Below are positions 51,782-63,537 of a stretch of 64,000 nucleotides of DNA, one piece after another. The DNA is from Alphaproteobacteria bacterium (lineage in GTDB: Bacteria; Pseudomonadota; Alphaproteobacteria; GCA-2746255): positions 608,001-672,000 of the forward strand of contig OZ252220.1 in the NCBI GenBank assembly GCA_965249135.1, written 5' to 3'. A program made the translations under genes and the position numbers. Under the pieces are notes generated by a model. It saw nothing but the letters and a program-made list of their open reading frames with translations. It was not told the DNA's origin and did no database searches. Within the stretch, counting starts at the first letter, position 1, and every line of letters begins with the position of its first letter.

Positions 51782-52153
51782 ATGAAACGCATTTTTGCCG
51801 TTTCGCTTGTTGTTTTCCTCGTCACGTCGCTGCCCGCCGCGGCGAAGTGGGGAGGCACGGCAAATTTCTACGACGAGCCGACCCCCTACATGGCCAAGAT
51901 GCAGGCCGGACAGTTCTTAAGTTTCGGCAACCCCATTACCTTTACCTATTGGAAGAAGGCCGCAGGCCCGGCGACCCAGTACCGGGGCATCGTGCAGGCG
52001 ATCTCGGTCGAAGGGGTGCGGCACATGCAGATCCATATCTTCTTCAGCCAGGGCGAAGCCAAGAAGGCGGAAGGAGAACTCAACCTCGAATGGCGTGAAC
52101 CCGGTGGAAAATCAAGACCTTGGTGGAAGTTCTGGGCGTTCTGGGCGTGGTGA
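51782..52153 (+). CDS. hypothetical secreted protein with C-terminal PWWKFW motif
   Basis: Signal peptide (LPAAA), ends RPWWKFWAFWAW. Confidence 0.7.
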   Translation: MKRIFAVSLVVFLVTSLPAAAKWGGTANFYDEPTPYMAKMQAGQFLSFGNPITFTYWKKAAGPATQYRGIVQAISVEGVRHMQIHIFFSQGEAKKAEGELNLEWREPGGKSRPWWKFWAFWAW

Positions 52154-52162
52154 GCAGGCCCT

Positions 52163-53710
<1,548 letters not shown>

Positions 53711-53767
53711 CCGCTTGCCTCCCCACCACGCAGCCTTGCTCCCGGAACCGGCCGCCGGGACAAAGTG

Positions 53768-55231
53768 CTAGCCGTCTTGCCGATAGTTCGGCGCCTCGCG
53801 GGTGATGGTGACATCGTGTACGTGGCTTTCGCGGTGACCTCCCTCCGTAACCCGGAGGAATTCGCAGTTCCGGCGCATCTCGTCGATCGTCCGGTTGCCG
53901 GTGTAGCCCATGGCGGCCCTGAGACCCCCGATGAGCTGATGGACGACGCCTGCGACCGGGCCCTTGTAGGGCACGCGGCCCTCGACCCCCTCCGGCACCA
54001 ATTTAAGGAGGTCCGCCACCTCCTGCTGGAAGTAGCGATCCGCCGAGCCCTCGGCCATGGCGCTGACGGAGCCCATGCCGCGATAGGATTTGTAAGACCG
54101 CCCCTGATAGAGAAAGACCTCGCCCGGGCTCTCTTCCGTGCCTGCGAAAAGGGCCCCGATCATCGCGCTCGAGGCGCCGGCCGCCATCGCCTTCGCCAGG
54201 TCGCCGGAAAAGCGGATGCCGCCATCGGCGATGATCGGCACGTCCTGCTTCCGGCATTCGTCCATCGCGTCCTGGATGGCCGTGAACTGCGGCACGCCGA
54301 CGCCGGCGACGATCCGTGTCGTGCAGATCGAGCCCGGGCCGACGCCCACCTTTACGGCGTCCGCGCCGGCATCGATGAGCGCCTTCGCCCCTTCTGCGGT
54401 GGCAACGTTGCCGGCAATCAGCGCCGGCGCACCGGGAAGCTGGCGAATGCGCTGGACGGTTTCCAGAACGCCTTTCGAATGGCCATGGGCCGTATCGACG
54501 ATGACGACGTCGGCGCCGGCATTCGTCAAGCCTTCCGCCCGGGCAACCCCGGCATCGCCGACGCCGGTAGCACCTCCGACCCGAAGCCGGCCTTGCGAAT
54601 CCTTGTTCGCATTCGGAAAGGCCTGGCTCTTCTCGATGTCCTTGACGGTGATCAGACCAATACAGCGGTAGTCGTCATCGACGACGGGCAATTTCTCGAT
54701 CCGGTGCTGATGGAGTAGCCGTTTCGCTTCATCCACGCCGACATTTTCGCGCACCGTGATCAGCCCTTCCTTCGTCATCAGTTCCGCAACGGGCTGCCTT
54801 AGGTCGCTGGCAAAACGAACGTCCCGGTTCGTAACGATGCCGACGAGGCGCTTCGTCTCGCCCTCGACGACGGGAATGCCGGAAATCCTATGATCCGCCA
54901 TCTGCTTCAAGGCGTCGGCAAGCGGGCGTTCGGGCGTAATCGTGACGGGATCGAAGACGATCCCCGATTCGTACTTCTTGACCTTCCGGATCTCGTCGGC
55001 CTGGCGCTCGATTTCCATGTTCTTATGAACAATACCAAGGCCGCCCAATTGCGCCATGGCGATCGCCATGGCGCTTTCCGTCACCGTGTCCATGGCGGCG
55101 GAAAGAAGCGGAATATGCAATTGGATGGTGGCGGTTAGCCGAGTGCTCGTGTCAACGGTGGCCGGCAAGACTTCGGATTCGGCGGGTTTTAGTAAAACGT
55201 CATCGAAGGAGAGCGCTTCCCTAAGCCTCAT
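53768..55231 (-). CDS. guaB: IMP dehydrogenase
   Basis: [12 protein letters not shown] pair, [15 protein letters not shown]. Confidence 0.98.
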   Translation of the reverse strand: MRLREALSFDDVLLKPAESEVLPATVDTSTRLTATIQLHIPLLSAAMDTVTESAMAIAMAQLGGLGIVHKNMEIERQADEIRKVKKYESGIVFDPVTITPERPLADALKQMADHRISGIPVVEGETKRLVGIVTNRDVRFASDLRQPVAELMTKEGLITVRENVGVDEAKRLLHQHRIEKLPVVDDDYRCIGLITVKDIEKSQAFPNANKDSQGRLRVGGATGVGDAGVARAEGLTNAGADVVIVDTAHGHSKGVLETVQRIRQLPGAPALIAGNVATAEGAKALIDAGADAVKVGVGPGSICTTRIVAGVGVPQFTAIQDAMDECRKQDVPIIADGGIRFSGDLAKAMAAGASSAMIGALFAGTEESPGEVFLYQGRSYKSYRGMGSVSAMAEGSADRYFQQEVADLLKLVPEGVEGRVPYKGPVAGVVHQLIGGLRAAMGYTGNRTIDEMRRNCEFLRVTEGGHRESHVHDVTITREAPNYRQDG

Positions 55232-55368
55232 ATCTTCTCCCAGGCTGGTTGGCGGGTAATATAATCATCCCCGGCGTCTTGCCAAGGCCATTCGGAGCGC
55301 CCAGCTACAGTTGGGCTCAACGCTATGCGCAAAGCCACCCGATCCACCACCGCCGAAGGGAACGGCCC

Positions 55369-55833
55369 TTGCCACGAAAGCCGCAAAAAACCTGGGTTTT
55401 GATCGCCGACGGCGCCCGCGCCCGCATCCTCAATCACGCCGGACCGGGGGCGACGCTCGAGCCGGTCCTGGAAGCGGCGAACATCAAGAGCCGCCTGCCC
55501 ACCCGGGAGTTGGGCTCGGACAAGCCGGGCCGGACCCAGGAAAGCATCGGTGACGGAAGCCGCCATGCGATGGCGCCGCGCGCCGACTGGCATGCGTTCG
55601 AAAAACACCTCTTCGCGAAGGAGGTGGCGAAAATCCTGGATCGAGGCGCCCAGGACAACGCCTTCGACCGTCTGGTGCTGGTCGCCCCGCCGAAGACCCT
55701 CGGCGAGCTGCGAAGCCTCTTGGGAAAGACAACACAAGCGCGCGTTTCGGCCGAGATCAACAAGGACCTCACCGGGATTCCTCTTCACGATCTTCCGGCA
55801 CACCTCGATGAGGCGCTGAAGACCCACCCTTGA
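55369..55833 (+). CDS. host attachment family protein (AtsE/baeRF12-like)
   Basis: TWVLIADGARAR, SDKPGR, LVLVAPPKTLGELR, KDLT; TTG start inferred. Confidence 0.88.
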   Translation: MPRKPQKTWVLIADGARARILNHAGPGATLEPVLEAANIKSRLPTRELGSDKPGRTQESIGDGSRHAMAPRADWHAFEKHLFAKEVAKILDRGAQDNAFDRLVLVAPPKTLGELRSLLGKTTQARVSAEINKDLTGIPLHDLPAHLDEALKTHP

Positions 55834-56506
55834 ATCCTAGTGCAATTACATAGCTTTCCGCCGATTCGGGCCGGCTTGCGGCGGGTTTCGCGTGGCGCAC
55901 GGTGCGAAAGCGTTGCTTCATCCGATTTAAGAGCTCCCCTTCCGTCCCCCCCTTCAGCACCTTCGCCAGGAACGTTCCATTGGGAACCAGCACCGCTTCC
56001 GCAAAGGCAAAGGCCGCCTCGCAAAGGGCCGCCACCCGAAGGTGATCGGTCGCCGCATGGCCGGTCGCCGGTGACGCCATGTCCGAGAGCACGACGTCGG
56101 CCGGCCCCTCCAAGGCTTCCTGGATCCGCGCCGGCGCCTCCGGGCTTAGAATATCGAACTCAAGGATCGTCGCTCCTGCGATGGCCTCCATCGGTTTCAT
56201 ATCGACCGCGACGACCCGCCCCTTGGGGCCGACGCGATCTCTGGCCACCTGGGTCCAGCCACCGGGGGCGGCGCCCAGATCGATGACCCGTGTGCCGGGC
56301 GCAAGGAAATGGTAACGCTCGTCAAGTTCGATCAGCTTGAAGGCGGCGCGCGAACGCAACCCCCGGCGCTCGGCCTCGGCCACATAGGGATCGTTCAGTT
56401 GGCGTTGCAACCAGCGGGTCGAACCCGCCTTTCGTCCGCGGGCCGTATGCACCTTCGTGGCAAGCCGGCGCCTGCCCGACCCTGGTCCTTTGCGTCGTCC
56501 CACCAT
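55769..56506 (-). CDS. rlmE: 23S rRNA Um2552 methyltransferase
   Basis: RSRAAFKL, DLGAAPGGW, SDMA, KPAASR.ES.E. Confidence 0.96.
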   Translation of the reverse strand: MVGRRKGPGSGRRRLATKVHTARGRKAGSTRWLQRQLNDPYVAEAERRGLRSRAAFKLIELDERYHFLAPGTRVIDLGAAPGGWTQVARDRVGPKGRVVAVDMKPMEAIAGATILEFDILSPEAPARIQEALEGPADVVLSDMASPATGHAATDHLRVAALCEAAFAFAEAVLVPNGTFLAKVLKGGTEGELLNRMKQRFRTVRHAKPAASRPESAESYVIALGFKGGSSAPHRGVPEDREEESR

Positions 56507-56512
56507 GGCCGG

Positions 56513-57511
56513 TCAGGGCAACGGCTTCGAGCCGGGGCCTGAGCGCATCAGGTCTTTCAGGATCCCCTCCCGGATGCCACGGTCGGCCACGCGAAGCCCG
56601 GGCAGCGGCCAGGCCTCCCAGATCGCTTCCAGGATCGCGCAGCCCTGGATGACGAGATCGGCGCGGCCTTTGCCGATGCATGGATTCGCCACCCGTTCTT
56701 GAAGCGTCGTGGCCAAGAGGCGGACGACAAGTTCATCAAACGTCGCGCGTGCGAGATGGGACCCGTCCACCCGCGCCCGATCGTAGCGCTTGAGGTCAAG
56801 GGTGATGCTCGTAAGGGTCGTCGTCGTTCCGGAGGTACCCAGCATCTGCACCTCCCCCTTCGCGATGTGTCGTGCGATGCCATGGGTCACCTCGAAGTCG
56901 TTGAGCAGGGCGCCCACCTCCCGGACCATGCCGGCGTAAGTCTCAAGCGAGATGGATGCGCCGCCCTTCGCCTCGGCCAAGGTGACGACGCCGATGGGAA
57001 GCGAGACGAAACCCTCGATCCAGGCATCCCCCGAAGCCTCCGTCCGCACCCAGATCACTTCCGTGCTGCCGCCACCGATGTCGAAGACCAGCGCATGGCC
57101 TTCCTTCGCTTCGAGAAGGTCGCCGCATCCGGCAAGGGTAAGCGAGGCTTCCTCCTCCGGCGAGATGATTTCCAGCCGAAGGCCGGTCGCCTTGTGGACC
57201 CGATCCACGAAGGTGGCCCCGTTGCGCGCGCGGCGGCAAACCTCGGTGGCGACGCACCGCGCTTGGCCGACGCCACGCGCGCGAAGCTTCCGCGCACAGA
57301 TGTTAAGCGCGCCAATCGTTCGCCGGGTCGCCTTCTTCGTAAGTTGCCGATTGTCCGCAAACCCTTCGCCGAGACGCACGATCTTCGAAAACGAATCGAC
57401 GACGCGAAAGCCCTCTTCCTTGGGCTCGACGATTAACAGGCGGCAGTTGTTCGTGCCAAGATCGAGTGCCCCGAAACGGGGAACCCTTAACGTTTCCCCG
57501 ACCGGTTGCAT
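56513..57511 (-). CDS. Ppx/GppA phosphatase family protein
   Basis: DLGTNNCRL, VATE, DIGGGSTE, GIREG. Confidence 0.93.
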   Translation of the reverse strand: MQPVGETLRVPRFGALDLGTNNCRLLIVEPKEEGFRVVDSFSKIVRLGEGFADNRQLTKKATRRTIGALNICARKLRARGVGQARCVATEVCRRARNGATFVDRVHKATGLRLEIISPEEEASLTLAGCGDLLEAKEGHALVFDIGGGSTEVIWVRTEASGDAWIEGFVSLPIGVVTLAEAKGGASISLETYAGMVREVGALLNDFEVTHGIARHIAKGEVQMLGTSGTTTTLTSITLDLKRYDRARVDGSHLARATFDELVVRLLATTLQERVANPCIGKGRADLVIQGCAILEAIWEAWPLPGLRVADRGIREGILKDLMRSGPGSKPLP

Positions 57512-57689
57512 CGGCGACCCTTCCGTAGGATCGAATGGGTATAGGGCTCCCAGGACTTAGGCCCCCTCCTTGGCTGAAGCACTCATCCTATCCTGCCAAA
57601 CCCAGAGCCAAGGAAAAAGTCTTACCAAGCCAGGCCGGAGAGGTGTTCAAAAGTCCCAGCCCGTGCTAGAGAATCGGGCCCTTGACGCT

Positions 57690-57763
57690 TGGGGGATAGT
57701 TTAGCGGTAGAACTCTCGGCTCTGACCCGAGCGACCCTGGTTCGAATCCAGGTCCCCCAGCCA
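57690..57763 (+). tRNA. tRNA-Gln (CTG)
   Basis: Acceptor TGGGGGA/TCCCCCA, anticodon arm CTCGG-CTCTGAC-CCGAG, T-loop TTCGAAT, encoded CCA. Confidence 0.97.
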
Positions 57764-57802
57764 GCCCTTCTCAACGAATTGTCTTCCTTCAGTTGGCTGG
57801 GC

Positions 57803-58618
57803 CTAGCCCACATCCCGGTCCAGGAACTCGCTCTTTGCATCCTCTTTACCGGTCTGCAGACGCTCCGTCTCTCGTTTCAGGACCCGGTGCGAACGCACGC
57901 TAAGCGGAATGCTGGCAAGGTAAAGGATGGCAAGCACCGAAAGCGTCGCCCAATATTCGCTGGCGACGAACGCCGCCACCAGACCGAAGAAAAGAAAGGT
58001 CGGCAGCACGTATTTATACGGCACCCGGAAATTCTTGAAGGAATAGGTTGGCACGCGGCTGACCATCAGGATCGAAACGCCAAGCAAGAGCAGGGCGGCC
58101 ACGAATGGGCGATCCAACTCCCAGCCCTCGAAGACGAAGCTCAGCATCATCGGAAGCAGGACAAGGGCAGCGGCGGCGGGCGAGGGCACACCGATAAAGA
58201 AATTGTAAGCCCATGGGGGACGGACTTCGTCGCTTCCGTTCTGTGTATTGAATCGCGCGAGCCTGAGCGCGCAACAGACCCCGTACAGCAACACGAGCGC
58301 CCAGCCAACCACCCCCCACTGCTGCATCGTCCAGAAGTAAAGCAGGATGGCGGGTGCTACCCCAAAGCTCAGAAAATCGGAAAGCGAATCCAACATCGCG
58401 CCGAACTCGCTCGTCGCATTCATGAGCCGCGCGATCCTGCCGTCCAGCCCATCGAAGATCGCCGCAACCAGAAGCGCGAAGACGGCAGGTTCCCAACGCT
58501 CTTGAAAACCGAAACGGATGGAGGTGAGACCGGCGCAAAGGGCAAGCACCGTAAGAATGCTCGGCACCATCCGGTTGAAGGAATATCCTTTCAGGCGATC
58601 TCGCTTTGCGCGAAGCAT
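57803..58618 (-). CDS. pssA: CDP-diacylglycerol--serine O-phosphatidyltransferase
   Basis: DGLDGRIAR...SEFG..LDSLSD CDP-alcohol motif, LRLARFN; downstream of psd. Confidence 0.92.
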   Translation of the reverse strand: MLRAKRDRLKGYSFNRMVPSILTVLALCAGLTSIRFGFQERWEPAVFALLVAAIFDGLDGRIARLMNATSEFGAMLDSLSDFLSFGVAPAILLYFWTMQQWGVVGWALVLLYGVCCALRLARFNTQNGSDEVRPPWAYNFFIGVPSPAAAALVLLPMMLSFVFEGWELDRPFVAALLLLGVSILMVSRVPTYSFKNFRVPYKYVLPTFLFFGLVAAFVASEYWATLSVLAILYLASIPLSVRSHRVLKRETERLQTGKEDAKSEFLDRDVG

Positions 58619-59320
58619 CTAGCGAACCTCTCCCAACCGTGCCGACTCGCCCGAGCGAAGGTCGGCAAGGACCGTTTCACCGCCAACTACCTTTTGCCCG
58701 ACAAGAACCAGCGAATTCGTGCTTTGTGGAAGATAAAGATCGACCCGACTTCCGAAACGAATAATCCCGAACCGTTCGCCGGTTTTGACCTGCTGATTGC
58801 GCTGCAAGTCGCATCGAATTCTCCGGGCAACAAGGCCGGCGATCTGGGCCAATCCGATGGCGTCCCCTTCCGCCGTCGTGACGCGAATGACCTGGCGTTC
58901 GTTAAATTCGCTTGCCTTGTCGAGGCTGGCATTGAAGAATTTTCCCGGCCGGTACGCAAGCCCCGTGATCGTGCCTGCGACCGGAACCCGGTTAACGTGC
59001 ACACTGAAAATATCAAGGAAGATGCTGATCCGCGTATGCATCTCCGCCGGTAATTCAAATTCCGGAGGCGGCATGATGGATTGGATGGCATGAACGATGC
59101 CGTCCGCCGGGCTCACCACCAGCCCCTCGCGCGTGGGTACCACCCGGTCGGGATCGCGAAAGAACCAGCCACACCATAGCGTGCAAACGAGCCCGACCCA
59201 GCCGAGGGGGGCATGGATGCTTCCAAGCAAAAAAGTTCCGACCGCGAAGGCGCCCAGAAAGGGCCATCCGTCACGGTGGATGCGCAGGCGATACATCTTC
59301 CAAATCTCGTGGGTCCACAT
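58619..59320 (-). CDS. psd: phosphatidylserine decarboxylase proenzyme
   Basis: FFRDPDR, SPADG, VHVNR, RFGSRVD self-cleavage site. Confidence 0.95.
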   Translation of the reverse strand: MWTHEIWKMYRLRIHRDGWPFLGAFAVGTFLLGSIHAPLGWVGLVCTLWCGWFFRDPDRVVPTREGLVVSPADGIVHAIQSIMPPPEFELPAEMHTRISIFLDIFSVHVNRVPVAGTITGLAYRPGKFFNASLDKASEFNERQVIRVTTAEGDAIGLAQIAGLVARRIRCDLQRNQQVKTGERFGIIRFGSRVDLYLPQSTNSLVLVGQKVVGGETVLADLRSGESARLGEVR

Positions 59321-59444
59321 GGTATGCGCCGGAATTTTACCGATCGTTTGGCATGGGGAAAGGGATTTCCTCTGTTTGCGCACTAGTCCATAAGCATGGA
59401 AAGGCGGCAAATCGGCGGACTTTACGCTTTTTTAAACGATTTCC

Positions 59445-59978
59445 ATGAGAGTAGGGCAGATCGAAGGCAAACGATATTTGGCAATGTCTCCTCCTCACAC
59501 CGAAGATATGGCTTTTTCCCTGGAAGTGCTGGACGCGCAGGTGATTCCCATTGAACTGGGCGCGTCGCTGTTATCGGACAAGCGCCCATCCGCGAACGGC
59601 GACACCGCGAAGTCCCTTGAATTTGGTTTCCTATACCGGGATATCCCTTTCGGGGTGACGGCCCTTGCGCAAGGCTCTTCGTTTCACATGGTGCTTTCCG
59701 CTTATCTGGGCCTCATCCCCTACTCGGTCCAAGACCAGCCGTTGCGGGATGACATTGTTATGATTCTCGGCAGCGTCCCGTCACACAACCGTTTTCATTT
59801 CGAGGTCACGAACACCCAGCAGCTATTCCTGCAGGCGGAGCCAAGTTTGGAAATTCCGCACACCCCTATCCGCATCCTTGCCACCATCACGGCCTGTGTT
59901 CTCGAGGCGGATCTCTATCTGGATTGTTTGCTGGCGAAGCTTCGCGAGAGCGCGGCTCAGCTTGCCGCCGAAGGCTAA
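59445..59978 (+). CDS. hypothetical protein
   Basis: 177-aa ORF filling the psd-fcl gap; LGLIPYS motif; no recognisable catalytic motif. Confidence 0.65.
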   Translation: MRVGQIEGKRYLAMSPPHTEDMAFSLEVLDAQVIPIELGASLLSDKRPSANGDTAKSLEFGFLYRDIPFGVTALAQGSSFHMVLSAYLGLIPYSVQDQPLRDDIVMILGSVPSHNRFHFEVTNTQQLFLQAEPSLEIPHTPIRILATITACVLEADLYLDCLLAKLRESAAQLAAEG

Positions 59979-60946
59979 CTTTCCGTTTCCTTCAAGTACC
60001 ATTGATAGGTTTTACGCAAGCCCTCCTCCAGAGGTATCTTCGCCTGCCACCCCAATGCCTTGAGGCGTCGAACGTCCAAAAGCTTCCTGGGCGTTCCGTC
60101 CGGTTTGCTTGTGTCGTAGACGACGTCTCCTGAAAAGCCGACGACGTCGGCGATCCGTTTCGCCAAATCCGCGATCGTGACATCCTCACCCGTGCCAACA
60201 TTGATGTGTATCTTGTCGGAATAGACTTTCATCAGATGCACCAGCGCATCCGCCAGATCGTCGACGCAGAGAAACTCGCGGCGCGGCTTGCCGGTTCCCC
60301 ATATTTCGACGTTTGCGGCACCTTCGACCTTCGCCTTGTGCATCTTTGCGATCAACGCCGGAATGACGTGGCTCGAAAGAAGGTCGAAAGTATCGCCCTG
60401 GCCATAGAGGTTCGTCGGCATCACCGAGATGAAATCCGCGCCATGCTGGCGACGGTAGGCCTGCGCCATCTTGAGGCCCGCAATTTTTGCGACGGCGTAC
60501 CATTGATTCGTCGGTTCCAGCTGCCCCTCGAGCAGCGCTTCTTCCGGCATCGGCTGCGGGGCAAACTTCGGATAGATGCAGGAAGATCCAAGAAAAAGCA
60601 CCTTCTTCACGCCCACCTTGTAGGCAGTGTGCAGGACGTTCATTTCGATCGCAAGGTTGTCGTAGATGAAATCCGTCGGCCGCGTGTCGTTCGCCAAGAT
60701 GCCGCCGACATGCGCCGCGGCCATGAAAATCGCGTCCGGCTTCGCCTGTCCGAGCCAATCCTCGACCGCCGCCTGACGGATGAGGTCGAGATCGGCATGG
60801 GAAACGGTCAGGATCTCGCATTCTTCACCGGCCAGCCGGCGAACGATCGCCGAACCAACCATGCCGTGGTGACCCGCCACCCAAACCCGCCGTCCTTTCA
60901 GTGGAAAAGCTCGTCCGGTGCGGTCAATGCTTGCCCCTGGCGACAT
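59975..60946 (-). CDS. fcl: GDP-L-fucose synthase
   Basis: [43 protein letters not shown]. Confidence 0.96.
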   Translation of the reverse strand: MSPGASIDRTGRAFPLKGRRVWVAGHHGMVGSAIVRRLAGEECEILTVSHADLDLIRQAAVEDWLGQAKPDAIFMAAAHVGGILANDTRPTDFIYDNLAIEMNVLHTAYKVGVKKVLFLGSSCIYPKFAPQPMPEEALLEGQLEPTNQWYAVAKIAGLKMAQAYRRQHGADFISVMPTNLYGQGDTFDLLSSHVIPALIAKMHKAKVEGAANVEIWGTGKPRREFLCVDDLADALVHLMKVYSDKIHINVGTGEDVTIADLAKRIADVVGFSGDVVYDTSKPDGTPRKLLDVRRLKALGWQAKIPLEEGLRKTYQWYLKETES

Positions 60947-61975
60947 TTTCTAGATCGGATTCGACCATTTCACGCACCAGCTGCGGGAAACCGATCCGAT
61001 GCTTCCAGCCAAGCCTTTCACGCGCCTTGGTTGGATCGCCCAGCAGGCTCTCCACCTCCGCCGGCCGGAAATAGCGGGGATCGATTTCGACCAGAACGTC
61101 GCCGTTCTTGGCGTCCGTGCCTTTTTCATCCACGCCCTTGCCCTTCCATACGATCTCCCGGCCGATATGCTGGAAGGCGAGTTCGACGAATTCCCGCACG
61201 CTATGTTGCTCGCCGGTTGCGAGTACGTAATCGTCCGGTTCCGTCTGCTGCAGGATGCGCCACATGCCTTCCACGTAATCCTTGGCATGGCCCCAGTCGC
61301 GCTTCGCATCCAGATTGCCGAGAAACAGCCGATCCTGCAGCCCATGATGGATGGCGGCGACGGCGCGGGTGATTTTTCGGGTGACGAAGGTTTCCCCTCG
61401 CGTCGGCCCTTCATGGTTGAAGAGGATCCCGTTCGATGCGTGAAAACCGTAAGCCTCGCGGTAGTTCACCGTGACCCAGTACGCGTAAAGCTTCGCTGCC
61501 CCGTAGGGGCTTCGCGGATAAAAAGGCGTCGTTTCCGTCTGGGGGGTCTCGATGGCCTTTCCGTAAAGCTCGGACGTCGAGGCCTGATAGTAACGGGTCC
61601 GATTTTCTAACCTGAGTATCCGCATCGCCTCCAACAGGCGAAGGGCGCCCAAGGCATCCGTGTTTGCCGTGTATTCCGGGGTTTCGAAACTTACCTGGAC
61701 GTGACTCTGAGCAGCTAAGTTGTATATCTCCGTCGGCTGGGTTTCCTGAACGAGACGAATCAGGCTCGTCGCGTCCCCCATGTCGCCATAGTGCAAGGCG
61801 AAGCGCACGTCCCGCCCGTGCGGATCCTGGTAGAGGTGATCGACCCGCCCGGTATTGAAGGAGGAAGACCGCCGTTTCACGCCGTGGACGACGTACCCCT
61901 TCTCAAAAAGCAGTTCGGCCAGATAGGCGCCTCCTGTCCGGTCGCCCCGGTAATCAGTGCAATCTTGTCCGCCAT
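60924..61975 (-). pseudogene. gmd: GDP-mannose 4,6-dehydratase with a 1-bp frameshift near the start
   Basis: [14 protein letters not shown] and [D]GAYLAELL are in different frames (one base missing at ~61931); the rest is intact ([28 protein letters not shown]). Confidence 0.85.
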
Positions 61976-62078
61976 GGCCCCCATTCCCATGGATTGGCAA
62001 GGTCTTCGCCCTGCCCTCCGTTAGCACGATTGCCCCGCATCGCGCCACGTTTTCCGTGTCGCCTTCCTTCATCCCGGC

Positions 62079-63451
62079 TTAGTCGTTTTTCCGTCCATAG
62101 TCGTCATCGAGACGAATGATGTCGTCCTCTCCAAGGTAGCTTCCCGATTGCACCTCGATCAGATGGAGCGGCTCCTCGCCGGCATTCTCCAGCCGGTGAA
62201 CGGTGCCCGGCGGGATGTAGGTCGATTCGTTTTTCCTAAGCAGAAAAGATTCCCCGCCTCGCGTCACGACCGCCGTGCCGCCCACGACAACCCAATGTTC
62301 GGCACGGTGACGGTGCTTCTGAAGGGAAAGTTTTTCGCCCGGCTTTACCGTGATTCGTTTTACCTGAAAGTGCTCACCCTGATCGATGGTTTCGAAACTG
62401 CCCCAAGGACGATACACCTTGGGATGCGATTCCGCCTCCCCGCGCCCTTCGGCCTTTAATTTCTCGACGATCGTCTTTACCTCTTGGGCACGATTGCGAT
62501 CGACGATAAGCACGGCATCGCTGGTGGCAATGACGACGATGTTCTCCACACCAAGGACTGCCACGAGCGGCCCTTCGCTTCGAAGGTAGGCGTTTTGAAC
62601 GTCCTTCGCGATCACGTCGCCGATTTTCACCGTGCCTTGCGCATCGGCCTTCTCAATCGCCTGCAAGGCCGTCCACGAGCCCACGTCGCTCCAACCCATG
62701 TCGGCGGGAACGACCACGGCGGCGGGCGTGTGCTCCATGACCGCATAATCGATGGAGATGGACGGCGATGCTTCGAATGCTTGCCTATCCAGCCTCAGAA
62801 ATCGAGGTCCGTGCTGGCGCCCTCGACGGCGGCCTGTGCCGCGGTGACGATCGCCGGCTGCAGGCGGTCGAGCTCCTCAAGGTAGCGATCGGCGCGGAAA
62901 AGAAACATGCCGCTGTTCCAGTACCTGTCCCCTGCCTCGATGAATTTTTCGGCGGTGGCAAGGTCCGGTTTTTCGACGAATCGGGAAACCTCAAAACAAC
63001 CCTTCGCCTCCTTCGATGGACTGCCACGCTGGATATAGCCATAGCCGGTCTCCGGCGCGGTCGGAACGATGCCGAAGGTGACGAGGCTGCCGGTCGCAGC
63101 CGCCGCCTTCCCGGTCGTGACCGCCGCAAGAAAGCGCTTCGGATCGCGAACCACGTGATCGGATGGAAGCACAAGAAGCAGCGTGCCCGGGTCCTGCTTC
63201 TTCGCGAGACAGGCCGCCACCGCCACGGCGGGTGCCGTGTTGCGCCCGTCTGGTTCCAGCACGAGCCGTGCCGGTTGGACGCCGACCAACTTTAGCTGCT
63301 CGGTGATCATGAAACGGTGGGCATCGTTGCTGATCACCAGCGGTGGCGCAAAAATCTTTTCATCGGCCACCCTTAGCGCCGTTTCCTGCAGCAGGCTGTG
63401 CTCACCCACCAGCGGATAAAGCTGTTTCGGATAAAGGGCCCTGGAAAGGGG
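62079..63451 (-). pseudogene. manC: mannose-1-phosphate guanylyltransferase/mannose-6-phosphate isomerase, 5'-truncated and frameshifted
   Basis: PLSRALYPKQ, RNTAPA, FVEKP, WNSGMF; frameshift at ~62797 (restores DFLRLDRQAF..SISIDYAVME); cupin RPWG, HRAEHW; N-terminal GGxGTRLW absent. Confidence 0.88.
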
Positions 63452-63461
63452 AGATATCACC

Positions 63462-63491
63462 TTGACTGAACAACGTGTCTGGCGGCATGAT
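63462..63491 (+). promoter_or_regulatory. putative sigma70 promoter
   Basis: TTGACT-N18-CATGAT, upstream of GAGGGG RBS and ATG. Confidence 0.4.
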
Positions 63492-63537
63492 ACCGTCTTT
63501 GATGCCCTACGGGATACCGGCGAGGGCAACGAGGGGT

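Noticed and set aside
57690-57803. tRNA-Gln as an island integration site; downstream GTTGGCTGGG complementary to the tRNA 3' end
   Set aside because: Flanked by core genes, with no integrase and no direct repeat of the tRNA 3' end seen; the short inverted repeat is more likely a terminator or processing hairpin.
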